Origin: Okamejei kenojei
Lineage: Eukaryota
Assembly (NCBI GenBank): GCA_035221665.1
Contig: JAVHYY010000912.1
Location: forward strand, 1-64,000
Direction: 5' to 3'
Length of the DNA stretch: 64,000 nt
Shown here: piece by piece, positions 1 to 11,749 of the stretch
Position numbering within the stretch: position 1 is the first letter of the stretch
Layout: each line of letters starts with the position of its first letter
Program-made: the position numbers and the translations under genes
The notes under the pieces: model-generated
What the model was told of the DNA's origin: nothing
Databases searched by the model: none
Seen by the model: only the letters and a program-made list of their open reading frames with translations

Positions 1-204
1 ATCTAATAACCAATTGAGTTATTGGTGTCCCCAAGAGAAAGAGAGCTAAATCGAGAGACGGTATGTTTAGATTGTGGAAGGAAAGCTAAATTAGGGCGAG
101 AGACAGCGGCGGTAAATCAGAGAGCCCAGGAAAGGGAAAAAGAAAGTGGAGGCGAAAAGGTCAGGTGTTTTTTTAAGTGGGAAGGGTGGGGGCCGAGTGC
201 ATGA

Positions 205-520
205 GTGAGCGAGGAGAGAAGAGGACAGAGAGAAGAGAGAGAGGAGACGGATCATAGAGAGGACAGAGTTAGATAGATTGTTAGAGAGAGAGGAGAGAAG
301 ACAGGCAGACAGAGACGAGAGAGAGAGACAGAGAGACAGAGAGAGTGAGACAGAGGAGCGACCAGAGAGGCGAGAGATAGAAGTAGAGAAAGAGAGAGAT
401 AGGAAGAGAGTGAGAGAGAGAGAGAGAGAGAGAAATGGTGAGAGAAAGACAGACAAGCCAGAGAGAGAGGGAGTGAGGAGCTACAGAGAGAGAGGCTGAA
501 GAGAACTAGAGAGAGGGAAA
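205..520. repeat. GA-rich low-complexity/microsatellite tract
   Basis: Degenerate (GA)n run; similar tract at ~2735-3055 upstream of the next V; N gaps at 2057-2731 and 4303-4440 sit at the equivalent position. Confidence 0.9.
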
Positions 521-741
521 GTTAACAAAACGGGAGGCGCTTTTTTTACGTAATGCCGAGTTATGAGAAAGTAGCCAATCGCCAGTCCTGAAACGATAGA
601 AACGCCATTCTTCTGCACAACATCAGATGCTTCCCTTGGTAAAAAGTTTTTTAGGGCGCTTCATTGGACACTCACAACACCAAGGAAAGTTATTGTGAGC
701 GGGTTCTATTCTCTCAGAATACGGTTATCAAATCAGGAGTA

Positions 742-1191
742 ATGTTCGACTTTGTGCTCCTTCCTGATAATTATGCTCGTGCGGGCAGGTGTTGAGTGGG
801 TATTTATCATGGTTAATATCCATCAGAAAGGTCAAATCCTTTTCTCCGAAAAAATGACAACCGCTCGTTGTCTTGTTACAGGCATCTGTGAAGGAAAGTG
901 TGCAGAGCCCGGCTGCGCTGAGGGCTGAGGAAGGGCAGGACGTAACGGTAAGCTGCAGCATACTCAACAACGGATGCTTACAGACACTCTCTTCTTGGAT
1001 ATCCAGTAATTCCAGGGAGAAGCGCCGGAATATGTGCTGAAGGCATATTCCGGATGGGTAGCCCTTCCGTCTCCAGAGGGGGGCCCCAGACAGACTTTCC
1101 CGCGTTCTACAAGAGGAAGTAAGACCTTCCCATTAAACATCCTCAGGGCACACCTTTCGGACTCCGTGACATATTACTGTGCCATGTGGCC
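742..1191 (+). pseudogene. TCR alpha/delta V segment V1 (family A), frameshifted
   Basis: Leader 742-788 (47 nt, +1 vs paralog), acceptor ttacAG at 880-881, V exon ending ...LSDSVTYYCAMWP; several indels. Confidence 0.85.
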
Positions 1192-1233
1192 CACACTGTT
1201 GCAGAGAGGAGATAGAAGAGTTAAACAAAAAAC
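1192..1233 (+). other. Recombination signal sequence with abnormal 26-nt spacer
   Basis: CACACTG + 26 nt + ACAAAAAAC. Confidence 0.75.
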
Positions 1234-3242
1234 CTTCCCGAGGACACCAAGCGAGCGGAGTTAGAGGGCGCTGTTGTGTGAGAAATCTGCGGGTGTGCAC
1301 CCCGATACGGCCACGTTACACAAATCAATTACGTTCCAAATCATACACAATATTCCCAAGTTTTTCGATGTGAAACGGACCATTATTTTGCTGAACGCAT
1401 GACCAAACAGTTTTTTCCCACCCTCGCCTGACGGGAGGGTGGACAGACGTGGGCAGGGCAGGTTTTGACGTATATATGCCATTTGCAGGCAGATGGGACG
1501 TGTGGAAGATGTGACACGTTTGCCGGTGTGGGCAGGTAGTGCCGAAGAGCCTGTTTCCACATTGTAAGTCTCTATGAATCTCATGATTCGATGAGTACAC
1601 TTCTTTTTTCGCAGATATATTAGACCGAACACATTTCCCTCATTTTCTCGAGGGACGCCTCTGAGGATCAATTGGATTATTTGAATCCATAGATAGGTCA
1701 CAGGATTATGCAAGTGATGACGGGATATTGGATGCGATGCAGGGAATGTGATTGGTTATAAACCTGGCATCTTGGTAGGCTCGGACTTTGTTAGGCCGAA
1801 AGCCAATCCCTGCGTTGTATAGTTCCAATCTTTTAAATTATTGTGGCTTTGGCGCGATGTATCCCCGTGTATCCCAGCCCAGAGGCAAACAGATTGCGCC
1901 GTCAGGCAGGCGGATAGTGCGAGGGCAACCTTCATTCACCGAAACGTTCATTCACTGAGTACGTGACTAAGGTCAAAAGCTTTGGAAAAACAAATGCGCA
2001 GAATTTCTCATGGACCTTTCCGGCGACGATGAACGCGAGAATAGGGGGAAGGAAAGNNNNNNNNNNNNNNNNNNNNNNNNNNNNNNNNNNNNNNNNNNNN
2101 NNNNNNNNNNNNNNNNNNNNNNNNNNNNNNNNNNNNNNNNNNNNNNNNNNNNNNNNNNNNNNNNNNNNNNNNNNNNNNNNNNNNNNNNNNNNNNNNNNNN
2201 NNNNNNNNNNNNNNNNNNNNNNNNNNNNNNNNNNNNNNNNNNNNNNNNNNNNNNNNNNNNNNNNNNNNNNNNNNNNNNNNNNNNNNNNNNNNNNNNNNNN
2301 NNNNNNNNNNNNNNNNNNNNNNNNNNNNNNNNNNNNNNNNNNNNNNNNNNNNNNNNNNNNNNNNNNNNNNNNNNNNNNNNNNNNNNNNNNNNNNNNNNNN
2401 NNNNNNNNGATAGATAGGACANNNNNNNNNNNNNNNNNNNNNNNNNNNNNNNNNNNNNNNNNNNNNNNNNNNNNNNNNNNNNNNNNNNNNNNNNNNNNNN
2501 NNNNNNNNNNNNNNNNNNNNNNNNNNNNNNNNNNNNNNNNNNNNNNNNNNNNAGNNNNNNNNNNNNNNNNNNNNNNNNNNNNNNNNNNNNNNNNNNNNNN
2601 NNNNNNNNNNNNNNNNNNNNNNNNNNNNNNNNNNNNNNNNNNNNNNNNNNNNNNNNNNNNNNNNNNNNNNNNNNNNNNNNNNNNNNNNNNNNNNNNNNNN
2701 NNNNNNNNNNNNNNNNNNNNNNNNNNNNNNNGATAAGAAAAGATAAAGAAATAAAAAGAAAAGTGAAGAGAGATAGATCGTTTTAGACGTGATTTGATTA
2801 GATTGGTAGAAGATAGCTAGGATGGGTGGGCGCGAGCCAACGTGAGAGCCAATGTGTGCGTGTGAGGAGCCGAGAGCGAGAATAGAGAGCGAGATTGCGA
2901 TAGAGAGAGAGCGAGTTTGAGAGAGAGATAGAGAGAGAGAGATAGTTTGAGAGAAGAGAGAGAGAAAGAGAGGTGTGTGTGTGTGTTGCGTTGGAGAAAG
3001 TGGGGGAGAGAGAGATAAGGAAAGATGGACGGGAGAAAGAAAATGAGAAGAGGCAAGAATGGTTTACGGTCTTTGAAAACAACAGCGGTATCCGGTGTGG
3101 AGAATTGTCCAATCAACAACAGTAACTGAGGGAAACGCCCCCTTGTGGGTTAAAGTGTTTCAAACCGTTTCATTCAACAGAACAACGATGGAAGAATAAT
3201 GCCGCTCCATTCTTTCAGCGTTTGCTTTCCAAATCAGGAGTC

Positions 3243-3681
3243 ATGTTCTCCATTTGCTCCTTCCTGATCATTATTCTCGTGCGGCCAGGTGAGTTGGCGT
3301 TTACACTGTTAGTGTCCGTCAACAGAGCCCATCCTTTCAAGAGTATCACACGATCGTATTTAGTCTGTACAGGAGTCGGTGAAGAGTCAGTGTCCCAGAG
3401 TCCGGCTGCGCTGAGGGTCTAGGAAGGGCAGAGCGCAACGCTAAATGCACTGCTACACCGCATACGGTGGTGAAGCTCTCTCTTTTTGGTACATCAATAT
3501 CCCGGCCAGGCGCCGAGATATGTGCTTGAAAGGATTCAGTGAGGGGCAAGCCCGCGACGTCCAGATTTATCGGACAGATTTTCTGCTGTCTTACACAAAG
3601 GCAGCAAGACATTCCCTTAAATATCGCAGCATGCGATAAAGCTTTCGGACTCGACGACATATTACTGCGACCCATGGCGCC
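3243..3681 (+). pseudogene. TCR V segment V2 (family A), in-frame TAG and frameshifts
   Basis: Leader MFSICSFLIIILVRP 3243-3288 with GTGAGT donor; V exon from 3373 GVGEESVSQSPAALRV*; TATTACTGC near end. Confidence 0.85.
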
Positions 3682-3720
3682 CACACTGTTGCAGTGCGAT
3701 GTGGGGTTCGAACAAAAAAA
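3682..3720 (+). other. 23-RSS of V2
   Basis: CACACTG + 23 nt + ACAAAAAAA. Confidence 0.85.
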
Positions 3721-4660
3721 ACCACCCGCGTGTATCCAGCGAACACTCACCACAGGCGCTGCTGTACGATATATCCATAGTACATCTGATGCAGGAGCGT
3801 TCGACCCCATAACGATTCGCATAATCTGCAATATCCCCACCTTTTCCTGGGAAACGCATCGTATCCTCGGCAACATCAATTCCAAACACTCTCATCATCC
3901 TGCTTTCTTCTCGATTGCATATATGTGTGCATTTATCGGCTGACGTATTGGATGGTGCAGCATTTTCTCTATCAATTTGCATCGGTTAGCTTCTGGGGGT
4001 GAAGTTTGATCCACTGAAGGTTAACGACGGTCTATCGACAGTCACAAGATAAGCTTGAATGGAAGGATATTGATGAGATGCGGGTGAGAAGTGATTATGT
4101 TCTATGTTCTAATTATTTTGCGGTGCGGTGCCTCCACTTTGCGATGCCGTGTATCACAGCAACCGGCAATACACCGCACGCCAGACAGGCCGCGTAATAC
4201 CGAGGGTGATTTCCCCTCCATGAAATGTTCTTGAGTGTATAGTTAATGAGCTTTATGTTTTTGAAAGAAATTCAGGTGCCAGATTTCTCTCGGATCTTCC
4301 GGNNNNNNNNNNNNNNNNNNNNNNNNNNNNNNNNNNNNNNNNNNNNNNNNNNNNNNNNNNNNNNNNNNNNNNNNNNNNNNNNNNNNNNNNNNNNNNNNNN
4401 NNNNNNNNNNNNNNNNNNNNNNNNNNNNNNNNNNNNNNNNAACAGAAATATCGGACGTTAGAAACACAGGCGCGTTTTCAAAAAGTGCAAACGTATCCCT
4501 CGGTATGGGAAATTGGCTAATCAAACCAGTAACTAAATAGAAGCCCCCTTCCGCATAAAATGATGAAACGCTGTTGAACGTTTCATTCGCACGGAACACA
4601 CGACGGAAACAAACTAAGCCGCTCCATTCCTTCAGCGCGTTGTGTCCCAATGTAGGAGTT

Positions 4661-5124
4661 ATGTTTCCCCTATTCCTCCATTCCTGATATTATATCTCGT
4701 TCGGGCAGGTGAGTTGGCGTTTAAATGGTGTTTGTGGGGGGGGGGGGGGGACCGTCAAGGGAGTCAGATTCTTTCCCAGAGTGAATGCATGTCATAATCA
4801 TTGTTACAGGAGTCGGCGAGGAGTCCAGTTTTGTCCCCCAAAGTCTGGCTGCGCTGAGAGCCGAGGGAAGGGCTGGACGTAACGTTAAACTGCAACTACT
4901 CCACAAAGTTCTCTTCTAACACCTTCTTCTGGTACATCCAGTATCGCGGCCATGCACCGAGATACGTGCTGAAGGGATTCCGCGATGGGTTAGCCCAACC
5001 AGCTCCAGATATTTCCAAAGATTCTCTGCTGTTTTACACGAGGAGAGTGTGACATTCCCGTTAAATATCTCCAGGGATACACCTTTCGAACGCTGCCTGC
5101 GACATATTACTGCTCCATGGCGCC
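4661..5124 (+). pseudogene. TCR V segment V3 (family A), frameshifted
   Basis: Leader 4661-4708 with GTGAGT, V exon from 4810, WYIQY and TYYC motifs in shifting frames. Confidence 0.85.
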
Positions 5125-5163
5125 CACACTGTTGCAGAGAAATAGAGGGTCCAAACAAAAACC
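5125..5163 (+). other. 23-RSS of V3
   Basis: CACACTG + 23 nt + consensus nonamer ACAAAAACC. Confidence 0.9.
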
Positions 5164-5187
5164 GTACGGTGGACCTCTTTCGCATGG

Positions 5188-5201
5188 CCACCAGATGGCG
5201 C
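5188..5201 (+). promoter_or_regulatory. Candidate CTCF-binding site just downstream of RSS
   Basis: CCACCAGATGGCGC matches the CTCF core consensus. Confidence 0.6.
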
Positions 5202-5776
5202 GGTTGCGTGATAAATCTGCAGTGTGTCTGATGCAACCACGATCGCGAACTTCTGGAGCGATCCACACCGTCCACAATATTCCAATCGTTTTCCACGTGA
5301 AACACGCCATCTCCTCGGCAAAATTACGCCAAACAGTGTCCCCACACGTGCTGTATCGAGTGCATTTATCGGTCTAGGAATTAGATGAAAATCAACAATT
5401 TCCCATCCACACGACTCGGTGTGGTTAACTTTGATCCGTTGAAAGTAATAGCGGTCTTTAGATAGTCACACGATATCCGGGGAATGGAAGCATATTCATG
5501 AGATGCCAGCAGAGATAATCACTTTAACCGGACATCATGTTCGGCACGGACATTGTGGGCGGATGAGTCTGTTGCACTGTTCTATGTTCTAATTATTGTG
5601 CGCTGAGTTGCAACCCAACACATTTACACTGCTGAATCATGTCTCAAGTGTGAACATATTGAAATCGTTCTGTTGATCTCCGTTCGTTACCACACCAGGC
5701 GCAGTGTGTTACCCGTGTTCCTCACTGATCATTATGGCTGTTCTTAATGTCTTATCAAAAAAAGTCTGCATGCCTC

Positions 5777-5945
5777 AATAGACAATAGACAATAGATAAT
5801 AGGTGCAGGAGTAGGACATTCGGCCCTTCGTGCCAGCACCGGCATTCACTGTGATCATGGCTGATCATCCCCAATCGGTACCCCATTCCAGCCTTCTCCC
5901 CATATCTCCTGACTCCGCTATATTTAAGAGCCCTATCTAGATCTC
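5777..5945 (-). mobile_element. CR1-type LINE 3' fragment
   Basis: (AATAGAC)n tail followed by reverse complement of the CR1 3'UTR seen elsewhere in the window. Confidence 0.8.
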
Positions 5946-6313
5946 AAGTTTTAGATTCGCATGCGTTCACCGCTTCTGTGGTATTTTACAGTGGAGATTG
6001 GAAAAGAGACATCGACAAACTGTCCACTTCATTTACTGTCGACCTTGCCCCTCCTGCTACGTAATGGAACAGAACACAATGAAGATTTGATATGATGGGC
6101 GACAAAGAAACAGTGACGTGATTGGGGAATTAAGAAAACGGAGTTAATACTGGGAGTTGAAGCACAAATAACTTTGCGTTGAGAGGATGCGACGGAATTT
6201 TTTTTCAAGAATACGCCAATGAATAAGAGCCTAGATCACTGCTCATTCACAATATGACAAGAAAACCTATTTCGGATTTTCAGTTCATGGTTCACTCTCA
6301 ATGCAATTGAAAT

Positions 6314-7201
6314 ATGCTGTCATTGACTATTTATTCGCGTCTTACAGCTGTAGCTCTCTTAACGGTATGTTCGCGACGTTTCCAAGCCAGTATATTATTG
6401 TTACATTTTGGGCATGATATCTCATCACTCAAATACATTGAATGCAATGGAATCACTTTAGAAAGGGATCAGTGGAAGGATAGTAAATGGAGAAATACAA
6501 AGAGGAATATAGATGCTGTTTCTCAATAGTGCTGTTGGGGGAGGAATTTGAGGTGTTTCCAGGTTAATAGCTGGAAACTAGCCCCGGCTGGGTAGTCCTG
6601 CAGTTGGAACACACCAGTGTTCTACGTACGAAGGCTCTACGATTCCCCTTTCCTTTCTGGGACGCAATGGTGACGAGTAGAGGGCGATGGAAAGGGTTGG
6701 ATGATCATTAAAGATAATTTATTTCGGTAATTGCCAGCGCCTATCCCCCACTTTTATTTATCCTTTAGGGGAGTGGTATCATTAATGCCCTTATACCACA
6801 AATCAGTACTAGGATAGGGGGTATTTTCTAGTATGGATACAGTAAGGTTATGTTCTGTTGTTTGAATTCGTCCCCGGACTCTTGCACGGCATTGCCGAGG
6901 GGACGCCGTTTCTCAGACACCAGCAATGATAACAGTGAGTGAAGCGTTGATGCACCGTTGAATTGCAAATACAAAGCTGCAATCACGAGCAATTTTGGAC
7001 TAATCTGGTACCATCAGTATCCCAGGGGATCCCTTGAGTTTCTGCTGCTCAGAACGAAATTCGAAGCCGCCTAGAAGAAACTGCGTGGAGACGTTTTTTT
7101 CAGCGGAGCTCAACCGTTTTGACAGGAATGGTTCCGCTGACTGTGTTCTGTCTCGAGACGCCGCAATAAATATTTTTTTTTTTCACGGAGCTCTGCGCCC
7201 T
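6314..7201 (+). pseudogene. TCR V segment V4 (family B)
   Basis: Leader 51 nt (1 nt short), acceptor mutated (ttgcaCG), frameshifts, second Cys lost, RSS degenerate TACGGAG...ACTGAAACT. Confidence 0.85.
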
Positions 7202-7805
7202 TACGGAGGCGCAGAATTGGGCTGAGTCTGTACTGAAACTATCAGAGCACCCCGTCGGGTATCAGCGCGTAAGCACAACGTTGTCAGCATTGGCACGTCT
7301 TCGCTGATTGCTGCATCCATCCCAACGCCAGAGAGATGAGAGCAATATTTACATACTGCTTCTTCCCAATCAAATGCCAGGCTTTAAAACACTACACAAC
7401 ACTAACCTGTCAACTATGAATGTTCTTTGGGTGCACTTAAGCAATTCATGTTTTTTAATGCACATGGATTACGTTATTAATTTATTGTTATTTTGTTTAT
7501 TTATTTATCATACTTCAGGCTTTGTCTCACCTGTGACTTCATGAAACAGAAAAACAAAGGAGGTTTGAGATGATTGGCAACTGAGAAGCAGTGAGGTGAT
7601 TGGCGGAATTCAGCGAGTGAGCTAATTCGGGGGGGGGGGGGGGGGTGGTTGGTGAACACATTCGCTCTGTGCCGAGGGGATGTGCCGTCGTCAAAAATAA
7701 ACCAGTGAATAGAGAGCCTCGACCATAGCTTTTTCACAATATCAATTAAACATATTTCCCAATGAGACCATTTCAGTTCATATTCACTCTCAGAGCAATC
7801 ACAAC

Positions 7806-8544
7806 ATGCTGGCCGTGATCATTTATTCGCTTCTTGCAGCTGCAGCTCTCCTAACCGGTAGGTTCACGGCGTTTCCGAGCCTGGATATTATATTACTACG
7901 GGGCATGATATTTAATCAATCAACTAGTTTGAATGCAATAGGATGACCTAAGAAATGGAGTCACACCCATGTTCTACGGCCGAGTGCTGAAAGATTATAG
8001 TTTCCCCCTCCCAAGACAGAAATATTACGAGCAGAGAACAATGAAATCGGTTAAATGATCTTTAAAGACAATTTAATTCAGTAACTCCCAGCTCTGTTCG
8101 CCACCTTGATGTGGGTTTTAGTAGATAGTGTTATTTTCTGCCGTTGTTCCTCGGATCGGTATAAAGATATGGGGCATTCTCCAGTATGAACATATTGGGA
8201 TAAAACAATGTAATTTAATTTATTCCCCTGGCTTTTGCAGGGCATTGTCGAGGCGACGCCGTTTCTCAGACACCAGAAGTGGAAACAGTAAATGAAGGGG
8301 ATGAAGCCCAGTTGAACTGAAACTATACAACTACAAGCACGAGCAGCATTAGACTAATCTGGTACCGTCAGTATCCCGGCGGATCCCTTGAGTTTCTTCT
8401 GCTCAGAACGACATTCAAAGGCGGCGAGAAGAACAATGCCGGGGAACGTTTTTCTGCGGAACTCAAGCGTTCGACAGGAACGGCCTGCTGACGGTGTCAC
8501 AAACGCGGTTCCGAGACTCGGCGATGTATTACTGCGCTCTGAAC
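7806..8544 (+). pseudogene. TCR V segment V5 (family B), stop at first Cys, RSS absent
   Basis: Leader 7806-7857, V exon from 8241 with AAC TGA; ends YYCALN and runs directly into LINE sequence. Confidence 0.9.
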
Positions 8545-8925
8545 TTACAACATTCTTAAGGGGTTCGACAGGGTAGATGCAGGAAGATTGTTACCGATGT
8601 TGGGAATGTCCAGAACAATGGATCACAGTTTAAGGATAAGGGGGAAATCTTTTAGGACCGAGATGAGAAAAAACAGTTTTCACAGAGAGTTGTGAGTCTC
8701 TGGAATTCTCTGCCACAGAAGGTATTTAAGGCCAGTTCATTTGCTATATTTAAGAGGGAGTTAAAAGTGGCCCTTGTGGCTGGAGGGATCAGGGGCTATG
8801 GAGAGAAAGCAGGTACGGGATAATGAGTTGGATGATCAGCCATAATCATGTTGAATGGCGGTGCAGGCTCGAGGGGCCGAATGGCCTCATCCTGCACCTG
8901 TTTTCAATGTTTCTATGTATCTATG
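8545..8925 (+). mobile_element. CR1 LINE 3' fragment
   Basis: Homologous to 11039-11413; (TTCTATG)-type tail. Confidence 0.85.
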
Positions 8926-9059
8926 TTGCTTTGGTTCATGCCTGTTATGCACATGGATCAGGTTGTTAATTTATTGAATTATGTTTATTGCATATTATAC
9001 TTCAGGTCTTGCCATCACCCCTCCAGTGACGACATGGAACAGAAAACAAAGGAGGTGTG

Positions 9060-9275
9060 AGATGATTGGGCAACAAAAGCAGTGATGCATTAGGCGAAAT
9101 TAAGAAACTTCGGGGAATTGGCGAACAAATTAACTCCGCGCCGACGGGATGTGACGCTGTCACGAATAAGCCAATGAATGAAGAACCTAGACCACAGCTA
9201 TTTCACAATATCAGATTAAACCTGTTTCCGGGTGAGCGCATTTCAGTTGATATTCACTCTGAATGCAATTACAAC
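9060..9275 (+). promoter_or_regulatory. Family-B V promoter module
   Basis: Block conserved upstream of family-B leaders: GATTGG, TGACGC (CRE-like), CCAAT, ACCACA (RUNX, 9191-9196), TTTCCGG (ETS). Confidence 0.6.
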
Positions 9276-10121
9276 ATGCTGGCCTTGACAATTTATTGGC
9301 TTCTTACAGCTGCAGCTCTCTTAACCGGTAAGTTCACGACGTTTCCAATAATGTAGGGCATAATATTCAATCAACCAAATACCTTGTATGCAACAGGGCG
9401 ACTTTAGAAATGGAGTCCGTATAAGGACAGAAAACGAAGAGCACATTAGGAAAAAAGATGCGGTTTCACAGTAATTGATGTTCGGAAATTTGACGTGAGT
9501 TTCCAGGTTAATTGTTGGAAAGCATCCCCGACGGAGAAGCATCGTAGAGGTAGAGTGATCTACGATTCCCTTTTTCCTCACCAGAAGCAACAACGACATC
9601 CAGTACGATGAAACGGCTGGGATTATCTTTAAAGATAAATTTATTCGGGATTTTCCCAGCGCCTTTCCGCCCATCTTTATTTAACTTTTAGGGAAGGGGA
9701 ATATTTGATGCCATTGTACCTGATTGTACCTCATATCAGGATAAGGGTGAGGGATTTTCTAAAGTATGAGCTGAGTTAGGTGATGTTTTGTTATTTATCC
9801 CCCAACTCTTGCAGGGTATTGTCGAGGCGACGCCGTTTCTCAGACACCGGCATCGGTTACAGTGATTGAAGGGGATGATACAAAATTGAGCTGCAATTAT
9901 ACAGCTACAAGCACGACCACTCCAGGACTAATCTGGTACCGTCAGTATCCCGGCGGATCCCTTGAGTTTCTTCTGCTCAGAACGACATTCAAAGGCGGCG
10001 AGAAGAACAATGCCGGGGAACGTTTTTCTGCGGAACTCAACCGTTCATCAAAAACGGTGCCGCTGACGGTGTCACAAACGCGGCTCCGAGACTCGGCGAC
10101 CTATTACTGCGCTCTGAACCC
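9276..10121 (+). CDS. TCR alpha/delta V segment V6 (family B), apparently functional; exons 9276-9327 and 9815-10121
   Basis: Leader MLALTIYWLLTAAALLTG, GT/AG intact in phase 1, V domain with C, WYRQYPG, DSATYYC, no stops. Confidence 0.92.
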
Positions 10122-10160
10122 CACGGAGGCGCAGAATTGTGCTGAGCCTGTACAAAAATT
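10122..10160 (+). other. 23-RSS of V6
   Basis: CACGGAG + 23 nt + ACAAAAATT. Confidence 0.88.
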
Positions 10161-10476
10161 ATCAGAGAACCCCGTCAGGTATCAGCGCGTAAGCGCAGCT
10201 TTGTCAGCATCGGCTCGTTCTCGTTGATTGCTGCTCCCGTCCCAACGCCAGCATGTTTGCAGTCACTAATACTCGATTTTCAATATTAAAAAATCAAGAT
10301 AATTGAAAAGAAGAATAGCTTCTGACAAAGAAACATTAGCTTCTTGAAAACTACACAACACTAACAGATGAACTATGAATTGCCCTAGGTTGCATTAAGC
10401 ACTTATTGTATTATATACAATATACAATATATATATTAGGCGGAATTAAGAAACTTCGGGGAATTGGCGAACAAAT

Positions 10477-11413
10477 CCAAGTTTGCAGATGGCAAGAAAG
10501 CTGGGGGGCAGTGTTAGCTGTGAGGAGGATGCTAGGAGGCTGCAAGGTGACTTAGGTAGACTGGGTGAGCGGACAAATGCATGGCAGATGCAGTATAATG
10601 TGGATAAATGTGAGGTTATCCACTTTGGTGGCAAAAACAGGAAAGTAGACTGTTATCTGAATAGTGGCCGATTAGGAAAAGGGGAGATGCAGCGAGACCT
10701 GGGTGTCATGGTACACCAGTCATTGAAAGTAGGCATGCAGGTGCAGCAGTCTGTGAAAAAAGCGAATGGTATGTTAGCATTCATATCAAAAGTATTTGAG
10801 TATAGGAGCAGGTAGGTCCTACTGCAGTTGTACATGGTCTTGGTAAGACAACAGCTGGAGTATTGCGTACAGTTTTGGTATTCAATTCTGAGGAAATACA
10901 TCCTTGCCATAGAGGGAGTACAGCGAAAGTTCACCAGACTGATTCCTGGGATGTCAGGACTTTCATATGAAGAAAGACTGGGTAGACTTGGTTTGTGCTC
11001 GCTAGAATTTAGAAGATTGAGGAGGTTCTTATAAAAACTTACAAAATTCTTAAGTGGTTGGACAGGCTAGATGCAGGAAGATTGTTCTCGATGTTGGGGA
11101 AGTCCAGTACAAGGGGTCACAGTTTAAGGATACGGGGGAAATCATTTAGGACCGAGATGAGAAAAACATTTTTCACACAGAGAGTTGTGAGTCTCTGGAA
11201 TTCTCTGCCACAGAAGGTAGTTGAGGCCAGTTAATTGGCTATATTTAAGAGGGAGTTAGATGTGGCCCTTGTGGCTAGAGGGATCATGGAGAGAAGGCAG
11301 GTTCGGAATACTGAGTTGGATCATCAGCCATGATCATATTGAATGGCGCTGCAGGCTCGAAGGGCCGAATGGTCTAATCCTGCACCTCTTCTCCATGTTT
11401 CTATGTTTCTATG
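10477..11413 (+). mobile_element. 5'-truncated CR1 LINE (RT C-terminal region, 3'UTR)
   Basis: KFADxxKLGG, WQMQYNVDKC, RDLGV, LEYCVQFW motifs; TTCTATG tail. Confidence 0.9.
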
Positions 11414-11749
11414 CCTCATGCCTGCTATACACATGGATCAGGTTGTTAATTTATTGAATGTTGTTTATTGCATATTATACTTCAGGCCTTGTCCCCCCTC
11501 CCTGTGACGTAATGGAACATAAAACAAAGGAGATGTGAGATGATTGGGCAACAGAAGCAGTGATGCCATTTGCGGAAGCAATTTCGGGGAATTGACGAAC
11601 AAATTAGCTCCGCGCCGACGGGATGTGATGCTGTCACGAATAAGCCAATGAATGAAGAACCTAGACCACAGCTCTGTCACAATGTCAGATTAAACCTGTT
11701 TCCGGGTGAGCGTATTTCAGTTCATATTCACTCTCAATGCAATGACAAC

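Noticed and set aside
22-499. RE-rich and SL-rich ORFs
   Set aside because: Translations of GA microsatellite; same for ~2800-3120 and ~43520-44035
1963-2736. Long ORFs in the ORF track
   Set aside because: Artefacts of N gaps
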